64,000 bases of DNA from Takakia lepidozioides (lineage: Eukaryota > Plantae > Bryophyta): assembly GCA_030704615.1 (NCBI GenBank), contig CM060732.1, forward strand, positions 5,642,001 to 5,706,000, in the 5' to 3' direction. The notes below the pieces were generated by a model. The model saw only the letters and a program-made list of their open reading frames with translations. It was not told the origin of the DNA and did not search any database. A program made the translations under genes and the position numbers. Below are positions 25,925 to 39,353 of the stretch, piece by piece. How positions within the stretch are numbered: position 1 is the first letter of the stretch; every line of letters starts with the position of its first letter.

Positions 25925-28900
25925 ATGTCCTCGTTGCAGCTCGCCCAGGCATTACAGCGGCAATCACAGAGCCGGTCTCTTCTCTCCAGGCCGAGAAGGT
26001 ATGCCTCTCCTTTGCAGGGAGGAGTGATGTCAGAATGATTGCAGGAGGGTTTCTTACCAGTCTCTTGTGATGTCGCAGTAGGAAATCGTGAAGCTCCAGA
26101 AAGGGTATTTGGAACTAATTACGTCTCCATGTTGTGGAAATTGATCTTATTCTTTTTGGCATATACAGTAGAAACTGTATTGGGAAGGTCAAATTGTGAG
26201 AAAAAACTTGCAGAGAGTGGTCCTATTCACTGTTTCTCAGGACTGATCTTCATGCCAACCTTGGTCAAGGACAGAAATGATCACAGGAAGCACAGACACA
26301 CTCATGTTTTTCTTTCTCTCATCTCTCTCAGGTAGTTTCTTGCATGTGCTGAAAGGCAGTGGAATTATATTCTTCCACAGTTGCATCAGGTCATAGGAAA
26401 GCCTTTTTACATGCAGGCATGTGGCAGTATATGGTTTTGAGGGTTCTGTGTGTGGCCTCTATGCATGTACTACCAGTAGGTTGATGCAACGTTGTACTTT
26501 ATCTCATCACATAACTTCGGGTTATGACCTTGCAAGCACTTGGGCTTCGCCCTTCAAGGCAATTCAGACTTCTAGAATTTAGGGTTTGTAGGTCCATATG
26601 ATCCTCAAAAACTTGGAGGAATCCTTGGTTGAGTAGTGTCACGGTGAAGATAAAGTTAACCCTAATGTCAAGCTGGTTTACAGGAAAACATTGGCTGTCG
26701 CGGCAGCAGTGTTATTTGCGGGAGGTGGCCTGGCTTACTGTCAGTCAAATGCCCAAAGAAGAAGATCCCGTCAGCCTAGCTCCAATGAAGTGGAGCCTGA
26801 AGCAGCAACCGGGGGAAAGAAGGGAGGGAGTAATCAAGTGGCTCAGAAACGAGGGCAGAAGGGGGGTGGGCTGAAGTCTGTCAAGGCTTTAGCTGCCATT
26901 CTACTAGCACACATAGGCAGAAGAGGGATGGAAAACCTTCTGTCTTTGGCTGCATTTGCGGTGAGTACTATTTGTGTTTAGTAATTTGTGGTCCAGTTTG
27001 GATGTCCATGATGTGGATGTCAACAAGGCAATGTGGACTCAACTTTTTGAAGAGAAATCGCAGTCAGGCTTCCTTAGTCAGTTTTCCCCTACCCAGCTTA
27101 CCCAAGTGGAAATTGCAAATAGATTGAACACATGAGAACAGGGGTTCAATTCTCAGCTGTGTCAGTGTTCTTGCTGTGCATCTCTCATGCTTAGTGCACG
27201 GTAGTTTACTCAATGCAGAAGGTTATTGAAATGGTGGAAAGGAAACTTGGTCTGACTTTGTTCAGCACTTAACATACCGACAACACAACTTGCAGTTGTA
27301 ATTAGGGCAGGGGATCTTTCTCAAGTCTAAGTCTACTGTTTGGATCAGATATCGTCTGATAGAGCATGGTGGCATGTCGGAGCAGATATTGAGAACAGCA
27401 TTGGGCAACAGATTGGCTAGGGTGCAAGGGTTTCTGTTCCGAGCAGCTTTCTTGCGTCGGGTGCCCCTCTTCATGCGCCTGATTTCAGAGAACCTGATGC
27501 TGTGCCTTATCCATTCGGCTCTTCTATCAACCACAAAGTTTCTGACAGGCACCTTGAGTTTGCGTTTTCGGAAAATTTTGACCGATCGTATTCATGCAGA
27601 TTACTTTCAGGTCTGTTTGTCACCCATCCTTTCTCCCAGGTGGTCATGTTATGGACTGTGATATTGCAGGATAAGCATCATGGTCATCTAGATGCAATGC
27701 ATTGCTGTCTTTGGCTCACAAGGGCAAGTCTGTGAACAACACACATTCCTCTTATCATGTCGGTTCCATAGCCAAAGGGAAACGTCACCTTGCAAGCTAA
27801 GGTTTTGTTGTGTGCTGCAGAACATGACTTATTACAAGATGTCCCATGTGGATTGTCGCGTCAGCAACCCGGAGCAAAGAATAGCCAGTGATATCCCTAG
27901 ATTTTGCTCAGAACTGAGCGACCTGGTACAGGAGAATATGACTGCCATTTTTGATGGGGTTCTTTATACCTGGCGCCTCTGTAGCTATGCCCATCCCAAG
28001 TATGCTATTGGAATTTTGGTATGTACTCTCTCTGCCTTGTATAATCCATTGCTGCCCTACATAGTGGGTTTGTGTATGCCTGTTGCATGGAATGGTCATA
28101 GTGGAAGCCCAGCTGGTGCCACAGCTTGACCCCAAATGTTGATGGTCAGAGTCAAGATTTGGTGACATCTGTTTTTCAGATTTATAGATCTAGAGTTGAA
28201 GGCCTTGTTATTGTATTTTGGAATGGGTAAGCTCCACTCTTTCTTGAGGTTAGTGTTCCTGGCCATGACAGAGGGGGCATTAATCAGTCAAGTTTTGGTG
28301 TAGGCTTATGTGTTAGGGGTAGGTACAATTACAGGAGCACTGTCGCCACCCTTTGGAAAGCTTATGTCAAGGGAGCAGCAACTGGAAGGGGAATACAGGC
28401 AGCTGCATTCACGATTACAAACTCATTCCGAGAGTATTGCATTTTATGGAGGACAGGACCGTGAGGCCTCGATTATAAAGCAGCGCTTCACGATCTTGGT
28501 TAACCATCTTGGCAAAGTGCTGCACACCCAGTGGTGGTTTGGCATTATCCAGGACTTTCTGCTCAAGTATCTGGGAGCCACTTTTGCAGTTGTCCTCATC
28601 ATTGGACCCTTCTTTGGGGGAAATTTGAAGCCTGACAGCTCCACACTGGGACGTGCAGAGATGCTTAGTAACATGCGCTACCACACTAGTGTGATTATAG
28701 CCTTGTTCCAGTCCATGGCTACCCTTGCGGGCAGTTCCCGTCGTCTCTCACGCATAAGGTTAATAAACATTCTGCCCTTGCACCCCAGGCTCCACTACTG
28801 AGATGCGTCAGTGGTTATTCTGACTGGCTCATTTGATTGCTGCTGTCCTTCACTCTTGCAACATCAACATTCGTGCAAGTCCAATGCCTGTCATAATCTC

Positions 28901-31900
28901 AGTGGTAGCTTTAGTGGAGCTCTGGCTAGACCACTACAAGTGCATCAAGTCGATTGACGTGCTGGAGACTGCTGGGGTGTGATTGCAGTGGCTATGCGGA
29001 TCGTATCCGTGAGCTGATGCTAGTAGCAAGAGAGTTGCGCATCGCTAGTGGTAATCGTGCGATTCAAAACAAAGATGGTGGGAGCTACTTTGTGGAAGCC
29101 AAGTATATTGAGTTTGAAGGTGTAAAGGTTTGTGTCAAAATCTGACCTGGTGGTTCCTGGTACTCATGTTGAGGTTTCAGTAGCGTACATAACCAGTTCT
29201 TTATGTTGAGACATAGTTGATAAGTGTTGATCTGATGCAGGTCGTAACACCCACGGGTAACATCTTGGTGGAAGATTTGACATTGAAGGTGGAACCAGGA
29301 TCAAACCTTCTTATCACTGGTAGGTGTGGGTCCTGAATAAGTACAGACTCACAATTTTCACAGCAAGCTGCCGTAGTCGCAAGCAATCTAAGAGAGGCCT
29401 CGAAGTAGATTGTGTTGATATCCAGATCTAGTATGCTATGGCAACTGGAAAGCCAGTACTGAAGCGTTTTCCTTCTCATCAATGACTATGACAGAGGTCA
29501 CAACTGTTTTGAATTGTCACGAACCCTGGCTGTCTGCATTACTGGTCTCTGGACTGCAAAACCAAATTCTCCAAATTTCCTAGCTTTGTAAAACCCGAAA
29601 CCCTGTGTCTTCATGCACTCGTGGGGTACCATTTCACCTGGATATCAAAAACTGCATGACAGATGTAAAGTTCAGTCTCTGAACACTGGTTATTAGTGTT
29701 TTCTTCTGCAGGTCCAAATGGTAGTGGGAAAAGTTCTTTGTTTCGGGTCCTTGGAGGGCTTTGGCCATTAGTGGCTGGTCGTATTGCGAAGCCTGGAATG
29801 GGAGCAGATTTGAGCCATGAAATATTTTATGTGCCTCAACGTCCTTACACAGCAGTTGGCACCTTGCGCGACCAACTCATCTACCCACTCACTTCTGCAG
29901 AAGAGACTCAACCACTCACAATTGATGGCATGCGTGACTTGCTTAAAAATGTTCGTTTACTTGTTTGTTCACTGTGTGAATTTTTTTGTCTTCAATATGC
30001 TGTCAAGATTTGTGATTCAAATTGGTGCCTTTCACAGGCCCCACAGGCATATATATAGCTGTAGAACAGCTGAGCTTTCCCGCATAGCATATCCATGTCT
30101 TCTATGATGCTGTTGCTAGTCCAGTCTTCTTCAAGGCTTATGCTGTTGACTTATTACCTGCCTGGCTTTCTCAAGCCAGTTAGTCAAATTCTCATTTATG
30201 ATGTGAATGTCTTGTGATGCAGGTCGATCTAGAGTATCTACTGGAACGCTATCCAATAGAAGAGGAAGTAAATTGGGGTGATGAGTTGTCACTAGGAGAG
30301 CAGCAGCGGTTGGGGATGGCTCGCCTCTTTTTTCATCGTCCAGCCTTTGCCATTCTCGATGAGTGCACCAGTGCTGTGACAACAGACATGGAGGAACGCT
30401 TTTGTGCCAAAGTGCGTGCCATGGGCACCTCATGTGTCACTATATCTCACCGCCCAGCTCTAGTGGCCTTTCATGACACGGTACTTTCCCTTGACGGTGA
30501 GGGTGGCTGGAGCGTTCACTACAAGAGGTTGGCCAATATCACCTGTATACAAGTTGGTATAGACGATCTGTTGTATTATCATGACCTAAGCTTTTCATGG
30601 TTAGAAGGTGTCCATATAACTAAGTATCAGGTGAAAAATATAATACACACTGTAATATAAATGTACTCATAAGACTTTGTTTGCCGTAGCCTTGTGGCCA
30701 TAGACCCCGCGCCCATTTTGGACGGAAACATAGGGAATAGACACTAGCTTTGTGAGGGGCTCACTCCAGTAGAGTGACTTACCTTGATATACAGAATGTA
30801 AAATAATGATCAACATAGAAACATACAACATACATCGTGAATAAATTTAAAAGAAATGTTGTGTGAATTCTGAAGATGTGATGCTGTGTGTCATCACCTT
30901 GTCAGTGCCTGCATAATTGCCACATATGAATTGTTGGGCTGTTCCAGGAATTTCCTTTTTTTTCAGAAGTAGGGAAGTCTCTGCAACTTGAAACGCTTGA
31001 CTCTGTAGCCATTTGTTTTCCCAGAGATGCCCCAACCAAGCTTGAAGATGCCTCATCCGAGCTTCTTGTAGAAGATCATGGAGATTATGTTAATGAGGAA
31101 CTGCAATCACACCGGCAATCAGATGCACTGACAGTGAAGCAGCAATTCTTTGCCTCTGTAACGAAGGTACATTTTTTGGGAATCCACACAATGTTATCCT
31201 GCCCACCTCTGTACTTTGACATCGTTAGTAGTTCTGGTTCATGAGCACCTTCAGGATGTACCTGTTCCTTGATTATTCAGGGCAATTATGAGTGAGCTTA
31301 TTGGACTCTAGTCATTTCTATGTGGTGATTGCAGGACAACGCACATGAGAATTCCCAACCCGATTCATATGTGAGTGCGGTTTTAGCAACATCTCCACCA
31401 CCTGACCCTCTTGTGCCAGTGCCTTTGGTCCCTCGATTGCATGCTGAACCTCAAAATATGCCTGCACGAGTAAACTCTCTTCTCAAAATATTGGTAAGAT
31501 TCTGTTCCACTGTCTTAATGCGCTACATTCTATGATGTTTATGCTTGAGGTTGGAATGGAGGCTTACTTTTGGGTATTTGGTGATTCTGCCAACTTTATC
31601 TTTCTTTTAGTTGTTTGTCTTTACTTGAGTAATCTCGAGGTGAAGTGAATAGCAGGTGCTATTGTGAGTGGTAATATGATATCAGCTACAGAATTGTTTC
31701 CAGCCGAGTGGAAACTTGCTTTCATCTGGTGTTTGACAAAAATCTTTTCAGTGTATGAATATTGGTATATAAAAGTGATCATGTAAGTTTTTTAGTGTAT
31801 CTGGGTTCATTTGAAAAAGCTTTCTCGTTGGCATTTAGCTTCGGTAACTTCAGTCATGGTGGGGTTCGCACAAGTTGGTCATCTGCAGATAATTTGGAAG

Positions 31901-34900
31901 GCTGTGACATGTTGATGGACAGGTACCGAGCCTATGGAGTAAGCAGGGAGGGCAGCTACTTGCTGTAGCACTGCTTGTGGTGGGACGCACTTGGGTCTCA
32001 GATCGTATTGCAGATCTCAATGGTAGCGTATCTTTCCCCGACTTACTGGTAAACGGCAGCTCAGGTTGTTAGAGAGGTTTGGGAGGCTAGGTGACTGAAC
32101 ATTCAAGTTTCTTCCAGTGCCAATGACCCCTTGGCTCCGGGTGGATTGGAACTGGCAGGTACAAGTGTGAAGTATGTGTTACATCAGGACAAAGCAGCAT
32201 TTATTCGTCTCACAGGGATAAGTGTGATGCAAAGTGCTGCCTCCGCCATTGTTGCTCCTTCTCTCAGGTTTGTTTGCTGCCCATTTGCAAATTTGACCAT
32301 GCTTCAAAAGTTGCCTTGTGTATCGAGATCCAGCATACTTATTATCTCGCCTAGCATACTTATTATCTGGCCTACTTTCACATGAATCTGTGTGCCTATT
32401 ACTGCTTACTTAAATAGCTCCAAAGCCTTAAGAACAGCAGTCGTTGGGGTTTGTCACCTGCACTTTTACCTAGATAAATGTTGGAAGAGATATGCGGTAG
32501 AAGAGAGTGTTGGAGTTCTGAGACGATGTCCTCTGCAGTACTCCATTCATGTCCTGTCAACCACAGCTGGGTCAAGCTTCAGACGATGCAATTAATTTTG
32601 TTTGGGCAGACGGTTAGAACCATGGTACCTTCTGCTTTTAACAACATGGTTTGTTGTCTCTGTATGGTTTAGCTAGGGATTTGGTGTGTGCTCTCTGTTC
32701 CTGACATCCATGTCCTTCTCTGATCAGACATCTGACTGCAAAGCTCGCTCTTGGCTGGCGGTACGGCTTGACTGAGCATCTCTCCAAGCTCTATTTTGAA
32801 AACAATGCATTTTACAAGGTGGGTGGCTTTCTAGCTCTGCTTAAGCAATATGGCTGGTAGGGGTACCTGTATCTGCACTTTTATAAAGCGGAAACAGTTA
32901 TGGGAGTCGATGGTTTTGACAAATTCGATTGTTTCTATGTTTTTGACCTTCAGACGTCACTTATGTCTAGGGTTGACATAGGTTATGGGTTATGGGTTAT
33001 GTCTAGGGTGATAAACTCGGTCATAACTCGGTCATATCTCGGTCATGGAAATCTCTAACTTAAAGTTGGGATGCGGAGAGGGCCAAGAAGGTTCTGTGTG
33101 TTGGGGCAAGGGCTGCCATGTGGTTAACTTGTGATCAGGATACAGAGGGGGAGGTTACTGCAAAAATATTAGCAGCCATGATCTCTCATTACATATATGT
33201 GCAGTATAATGGGTTTTGATTTAGTCTGGGCTAAGTCTGGCATTTGGGCAGGCGTTTCACTTGTCTCAAGGTGGAATCGATGCTGATCAACGGATAACGC
33301 AAGACGTGGAAAAACTATCCGGGGATCTTTCAGGACTGGTGACAGGCATGGTGAAACCTCTGGTTGATATTCTCTGGTAAGTGTTGGGTATAATGTCTCA
33401 CTTATTTTGCACCAACTTATGATGAAGAGTTTATGAAGGTGAATGCTGGTCCTGCCTGTATTGTATGCAGCATGGGACGTGACTTATTTGTCTTGTGGGA
33501 ATTGATTCTGAGTGACAGGTTCACCCTGCGAATGAAGACACTTACGGGGAAGAGAGGGGTGGCCTTCTTGTATGCTTACATGTTGTTGGGCTTGGGATTC
33601 TTACGTGCCATCACCCCAAATTTTGGAGCTCTGACAAGCAAAGAGCAACAGCTAGAGGGGTCTTTCAGGTACATCCACATCTCTTGAAATAGCTGTGGGT
33701 CTTTTAGCTCGTAGACTGAGTATGGTATCTCGGACCACTGATTTCAGAGCTCCTAAGAACCTTGATTGTGGCAAGCAACGATCTTTGTTATGACCGAGTT
33801 TATCAATGATGGGCATGAGATTGTTGTTTCTGCAGATACATGCACTCCAGGCTGCGCACACATGCTGAATCTGTGGCTTTCTTTGGAGGAGGCTCTCGAG
33901 AGCAAGCTGTAAGATTCCTCTATACCCTTCCACCCATTCAAGCTCCAAAAGTACCATTCCTTACCACAGGCAGTATGAAATGCCAGCCACCTTGGTGTAG
34001 TATCATTCTTAAACTACATCCCAAGGTACTTTCAGATAGGGAAGCTCCAAATTCAGAGAGCAAATAATATAGCATCTCGTGAGTGCGCGCTGCCCACTGT
34101 TGAGTTATGGTCCTCCTGCAACTTTTGAAATTTCCACAAATTAAGGCAAATGGGTTGCCTGTAATGAGTATTTGGTTTTTAACCCTATGAAACAGAGCCT
34201 ATCTTCTGCTCACAAGTGATTTACAGACGCAGTGAGTAATGCGTGGGTGGATGCATACAGGTGGTGGAATCCTGCTTCAAATGTTTGCTTGCACATTCCC
34301 AGAATCTACTGTTAAAACGCTGGCTGTTTGGTATTGCGGATGAGTTCATAACCAAGCAACTGCCTCATAATGTAACCTGGGGTCTCAGTCTTTTGTATGC
34401 TGTCGAGAACGGGGGTGACCGTGCCCAAGTCTCTGTGCAAGGTATACCTTCCCGTCTTCTTTCCCGAATATTAGATAGCCCTTCGGCTCCTTTGAAGGAA
34501 AGGAAAATCGTCAAACTTTCGGCCTGTATAGAAGTATGGTCTTTAAGGAAGCAAATAGGTCTACATCCTGAACTAGTCTCCTTATCAGGTGATCATTTCT
34601 TTCTATTTGTGTGGTTGAATGCAGGGGAGCTGGCACACGACCTGCGATTCTTAGCTTCAGTGGTATCACAAAGCTTCCTGGCATTTGGTGACATACTGGA
34701 ATTATACCGTAAATTTCTGGAGCTTTCAGGGGGAATAAGTCGAGTTTCTGAACTGAACGAACTGCTTGTTGCAGCCCAGCATGGTGAGTTCTGTTTTCTT
34801 CTTTGTCGTAGTATTGATGTGTGTCTCAACCCGAAATGTAAGGCTGCTTTTGATGAGGACAGGTGGGAGGCAGCAGCTGAGCACAGCTGTATAATGATGA

Positions 34901-37838
34901 CTGCATAAGTAGGGATTGTCTGTGAATGTTCGTATTTTGGAAAAAAAGTATATTATGTCAAGTGGCAGGTTTGCAAAGAAAATTATGAACTGTCATAGGA
35001 AGCATATTGATGGAATTGTGGGCAATGCAGATACAAGACCCAATAAGGCTTGTGCATGCCCAAATCCATTGTTATTGATAGAGCAGCGTAGGAGGTATCC
35101 AATCAACGATGGTATCGTCTTCTCGGAGGTTGATGTCGTCACACCTGCACAGAAGTTGCTTGCTCGGAAGTTGACCTTTCAGGTTAAATCGGGCCAAAGC
35201 ATGCTGATCACAGGTCTGTTTCTCTCCGCCCTGTTTCAACTGATGTTCTTTGATCCGTGTGTGGGTCTATCAGCTACTTGTTCGCTGTCTGTTTTAGGCG
35301 GCATTCTTTCCCACAAGGTAGGGAACCTGAAAGAGGTAGGGGTTTGAGAAGATGTACGCAGTGCATGTATCTTCGACATTGTCATGCCTCACATCTTGAC
35401 ATCATGGAACTGCTACTGCTAGTTGTGCACCTGCAGCCATATTCCCCGCCTTAACCCACTTTTGGCACATAGTAGATGGAGTGCTGCAGCTGAAGTATAA
35501 TGAGGGGTGCAGGGCCCAATGGGAGTGGCAAGAGCTCGCTGTTTAGGGTGTTGGGAGGATTGTGGCCCGTGGCAAGTGGCAGCATTGCGAAGCCTGGCAG
35601 GCTCATTGCTGACAGACATGATGGTGGGACTGGCCTGAGTCGTGAGATATTTTACGTGCCACAACGTCCCTACACTGCCCTTGGAACTCTTCGGGATCAA
35701 CTTATCTACCCCTTGACTCTTGCAGAAGCTACTAGAAAAGTTGTACAGGAGGAGGAGCAACTCAGCATTATGGATGGTGAGATTTCTTACTCCTTGGCTT
35801 GTTGACTGTTTCTGAATGTCACGCAACCTTGAGCTACAGCTTGGTCAATGTCAATGTCAATGTCAATGTCTCAATGTTTTCATTAATCATCTCCTTGAAG
35901 ATGTGGAAAGGGAGAGATTTGGGTTTAAAGGTGGGTGATGCCACCATACCATCTCTTACATTTGCGGATGACTTCACATGCTGGGGGATACCTAATCCAA
36001 TCTTCATCAGTTAATTGATTGTGCGAAGAAGTACTTTGACCTGTGGAGCCTAGAAGCCAATATTAGTCAATGCACGTTGGTGGCCTTCAACGATCGTGGG
36101 GAGGGAGGAGGGGATCTCAAATGGACTTGGGGCGTGAAGAGATCCCTTTGCTCCCTTCCTACACATATCTTGGTGTTGATTTTTCCTCCGGTTGTAATTG
36201 CGATGTGCATGTACAAAAAGTGGTTCAAACAGCTAAACACAAAGCTTTGGGTCGCAGTAGATTAACACTGAAGTTAGGAGGATCCTGCTTTGTAACGCTA
36301 TGAGGCCTACCTTCGAGTACACATCTGCCATGTGGGATGGCAACTCCAACCATGTTAAAACTTTAGAATCCATTCAGGTTTCGGTGCTCAAAGAGAGCAT
36401 ATCAGTGTGATCTAGAACAGCCTTCCAGGAGCTCTCGATGTGATGAGTTCAAGGTCAGATGGTGGGGTCAGTTGAATCGCATGCCTAGTACTAGACACCT
36501 TAAGATGATCGATTCTATTTCTTGGAAGCAAGACTGTCCTGTTAAACAGGGCTAATTCCTGGCAGAAAAGGGTAGAGGAGATATTCAAGTACAGGAAAAT
36601 CCAATCCAATCAATTGTTACCTCCCATGTGTTAGCATATTAGGTGCATGGATGATGTGGTCCATTTGTGTGCAGGCGATGTAAGCAACACATGTATGCAA
36701 AATACTATGCCAGTAAAAGCAGTACAGTTGTTGGATGGGCGTTTGCGATCGATTTTGGAAGATGTCAGACTAGTCTATTTACTACCCCGTGAGGGAGGTT
36801 GGGATACCACAGCCAATTGGGAGGATATGCTTTCTCTAGGAGAACAGCAACGACTTGGCATGGTATTATTCAGCTTCTTGTTGTCAGCCTTGTTTCCAGG
36901 GATTTTAGTTGCAGGCAAATGGAACATTGCTTTCTGGATTCTGCATGGCGACTGATTGATCTAAGAAAGCCTTTCACAAGTTGAGCAGTCTTCAAGAATT
37001 TCTTGTGCATGTGGCAGATTGTAGCAGTCTACTTATGAGAGCAGCATAGTCTGCAGACTAACCACCAACTCCACTTTTCGTGGTTTGAGCACTGCCAATT
37101 CTGACATTGATATGTATCTTCCCTTTTCAGGCCAGGTTATTTTTCCATCACCCAAAGTTTGGGATCCTGGATGAATGCACCAAGTAAGTGTCTATCCTTT
37201 ACAATGGAAGCCTTCCTATTTTTCATACATGCATCTCTAAACGTACTCTTCATGCTGTTATCCTAGCAATGCTATATTTTAAGAAAACAATCCTCTCCTT
37301 TAATCAGATTGGGTAGTCCCTCCCAGAAGGTGTAACTGCAATAGATGTGAGCTGAAAAAGAATCTCTTTCATTAGAAATGAAGATCTGGGACAACTCTTT
37401 GCTGCATTGTGACCTTCAGCTTGGAAAAAAATCTGACCAAATGTATTGGGGGCAACTTGCAGCGCTACCAGTGTGGATGTGGAGGAGGGTCTGTACAAAC
37501 GTGCTCAGGCTCTTGGGATTGCTGTTGTCACTATCTCCCAGGTATGCACTCTTGTACTTAGTTTATTAAGTAAGATGGCAGTGTCATATAGCATCGTAGG
37601 GAAGAATTGAGAAGTATAGACTACAGACATGAATATGTATTCAACATAGTGTTTCGATGTTCTGATATTTGTATTGGACTGCACTGGCAGTAGCTTTGTC
37701 CCTTTAATTCTAGAACAGTTTTCCTAAACCAAAATGGTGTACATGTAGCGTCCGGCGTTGATACCATACCACTCCATGGAGCTCCGTTTGATTGATGGTG
37801 AAGGAGGTTGGGAACTGCGGTCCATCAAGCCTAGCTGA
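25925..37838 (+). CDS. PXA1: Peroxisomal ABC transporter D family member 1 (PXA1/CTS/PED3 orthologue), full-size, multi-exon
   Basis: Start MSSLQLAQ..; two TMD-NBD halves with Walker [13 protein letters not shown] (29712, 35513), [11 protein letters not shown] signatures, ILDECT Walker B, EAA-like [17 protein letters not shown]; ends [13 protein letters not shown] at 37836-37838. Confidence 0.96.
30663..30870 (-). mobile_element. 5'-truncated LINE 3' end in an ABCD1 intron
   Basis: GTACTCATAAGAC..TTGCCGTAGCCTTGTGGCCAT.GACCC(C)GCGCCCA shared with the LINE 3' end at 55720-55770. Confidence 0.75.
35880..36600 (+). mobile_element. LINE RT fragment in an ABCD1 intron (same family as 57855-59942)
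   Basis: LTFADDF (YADD-type) motif, YTYLGVDF; nucleotide similarity to 59230-59860; preceded by a (GTCAAT)n run. Confidence 0.85.
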
Positions 37839-39353
37839 GTTCTGCAGTTCACTCTATAGTGGGTTACTGAACTAAATTTCATAGAGTGGCGGTTGACAGC
37901 ATGCTTGCCTGCATTTTCAACACCTGAAAATCGGACCCTGTGAAAGTCACCCTCTATTAAGCAAACTCTACACGGTAGCAGAAAATAGACTTTTGGAACA
38001 CTAACATTTACGGTTAGTGGAATAGCAGTCCCTTGACATGGAAGTTTAGGAGATGGAGGTAGAGGAGTCTTTACTCATTTACTTGGGAAGTAAACATTCT
38101 TTGGATGTAATTATAGTTACATATTAGACTTATTCAACAGTTCAATGGACGGGCTTAGAGGATCTATCCCAGACCATCAATGTTACAAGTTAAGAGCTGT
38201 GTTGTGATAAAGCATCCTGTCAGTTTTTCAGGATGTGCACATGCTTAGGTGTGTGTGGCCTTGTCTTAGCCAATCCTTAGGCCACAATGGTGTTTACCCT
38301 TGTGACAACCTGATACCTGCCAGACACGGAAGAAGCTCTGTCATTATAAGCCACATTTATCAAATTCATGTTACTCACTAAGTAACTGAAGAACAAGAGT
38401 ACATCACATTGAGGGACCTTAGCTTCTTTTCGCTCTTGTGTGTGCAAGTGAGTGCCCAGGTGAAAAGTGGCCAAAAAATATGAGGCAACTTGGAATGTAG
38501 AGTTAACACTTATTTTTTCAAGGCAGAAACATGCGTAGTGTCACACCTATGGTGCAGTTCGCCACAGTTATTGAGTTCACACTTCTCATTGAAATGGCCT
38601 TGCAATAGAGTTTGAAGCTGGGGAAGCACTTGTGGAAAAATCTCATTCTGTAGAATTTTCGTGCCATCTGAGTAGCCTATGCGCAGTGAAGAGGTTGCAG
38701 TGAAGGACTTCCAGATGAGATCAGCAGACATATCTCAATTGCAGAAGTTGTCATTGTAATGATGTCATCTCTGCTTTCAAACAACTTGGTTGAATGAAAG
38801 TTCAGGAGAATACTTTTTATATGTAACATGTAACAAAAAACTCGTACAGCACTCATCTGCATTGCTCTCATCAGTTGACAGTGATCTTACACAGCTAAAG
38901 CCAGACAGCGAAACTTTTGCCAGAGAATTGTCCCTGAACAACAAAAGAAAAAACTCGACAGAACTTCACACTGGTGGGATTGACCTTGGAACACAGATTC
39001 GGGAATAATAAGGCAAACTACCTACACAATATAAAGGCAATAATCTGCTACATTTAGCCAAAAAAGGCCATTCTGGTTAGCTGACACTATTGCCCAAGTT
39101 CAACCAAGATTGTACTAAGGATTGTCACGGACATAATTAGCACATTGCAACTGCAGGCAGAACAATGTGCTGTCACTTGCTTATCAACATAACCCACTAG
39201 TCATGTTTGTGTTTGCTCCACATATGACCTATTTTCTGACATTAGAAGCAATGAGAATTTGCCGAATGCAACTATATGAAACCTAGGGATCAGCATGAGC
39301 ACGTGATTAAAGCGTTTACAAGATAATTTTGCAGGGGAAAGACAATGATGCAG

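Noticed and set aside
33419-33511. C/D-box snoRNA candidate (ATGATGA..CTGA) in an ABCD1 intron
   Set aside because: D box is only ~7 nt from the 3' splice site and no rRNA guide or terminal stem was recognised.
1-37838. Lipid-metabolism gene cluster (lipase, LIP2, ABCD1)
   Set aside because: Products act in different compartments and pathways and are interleaved with unrelated genes; no evidence of co-regulation.
38940-39040. tRNA/SINE-like B box on minus strand
   Set aside because: B box degenerate and no clear A box.
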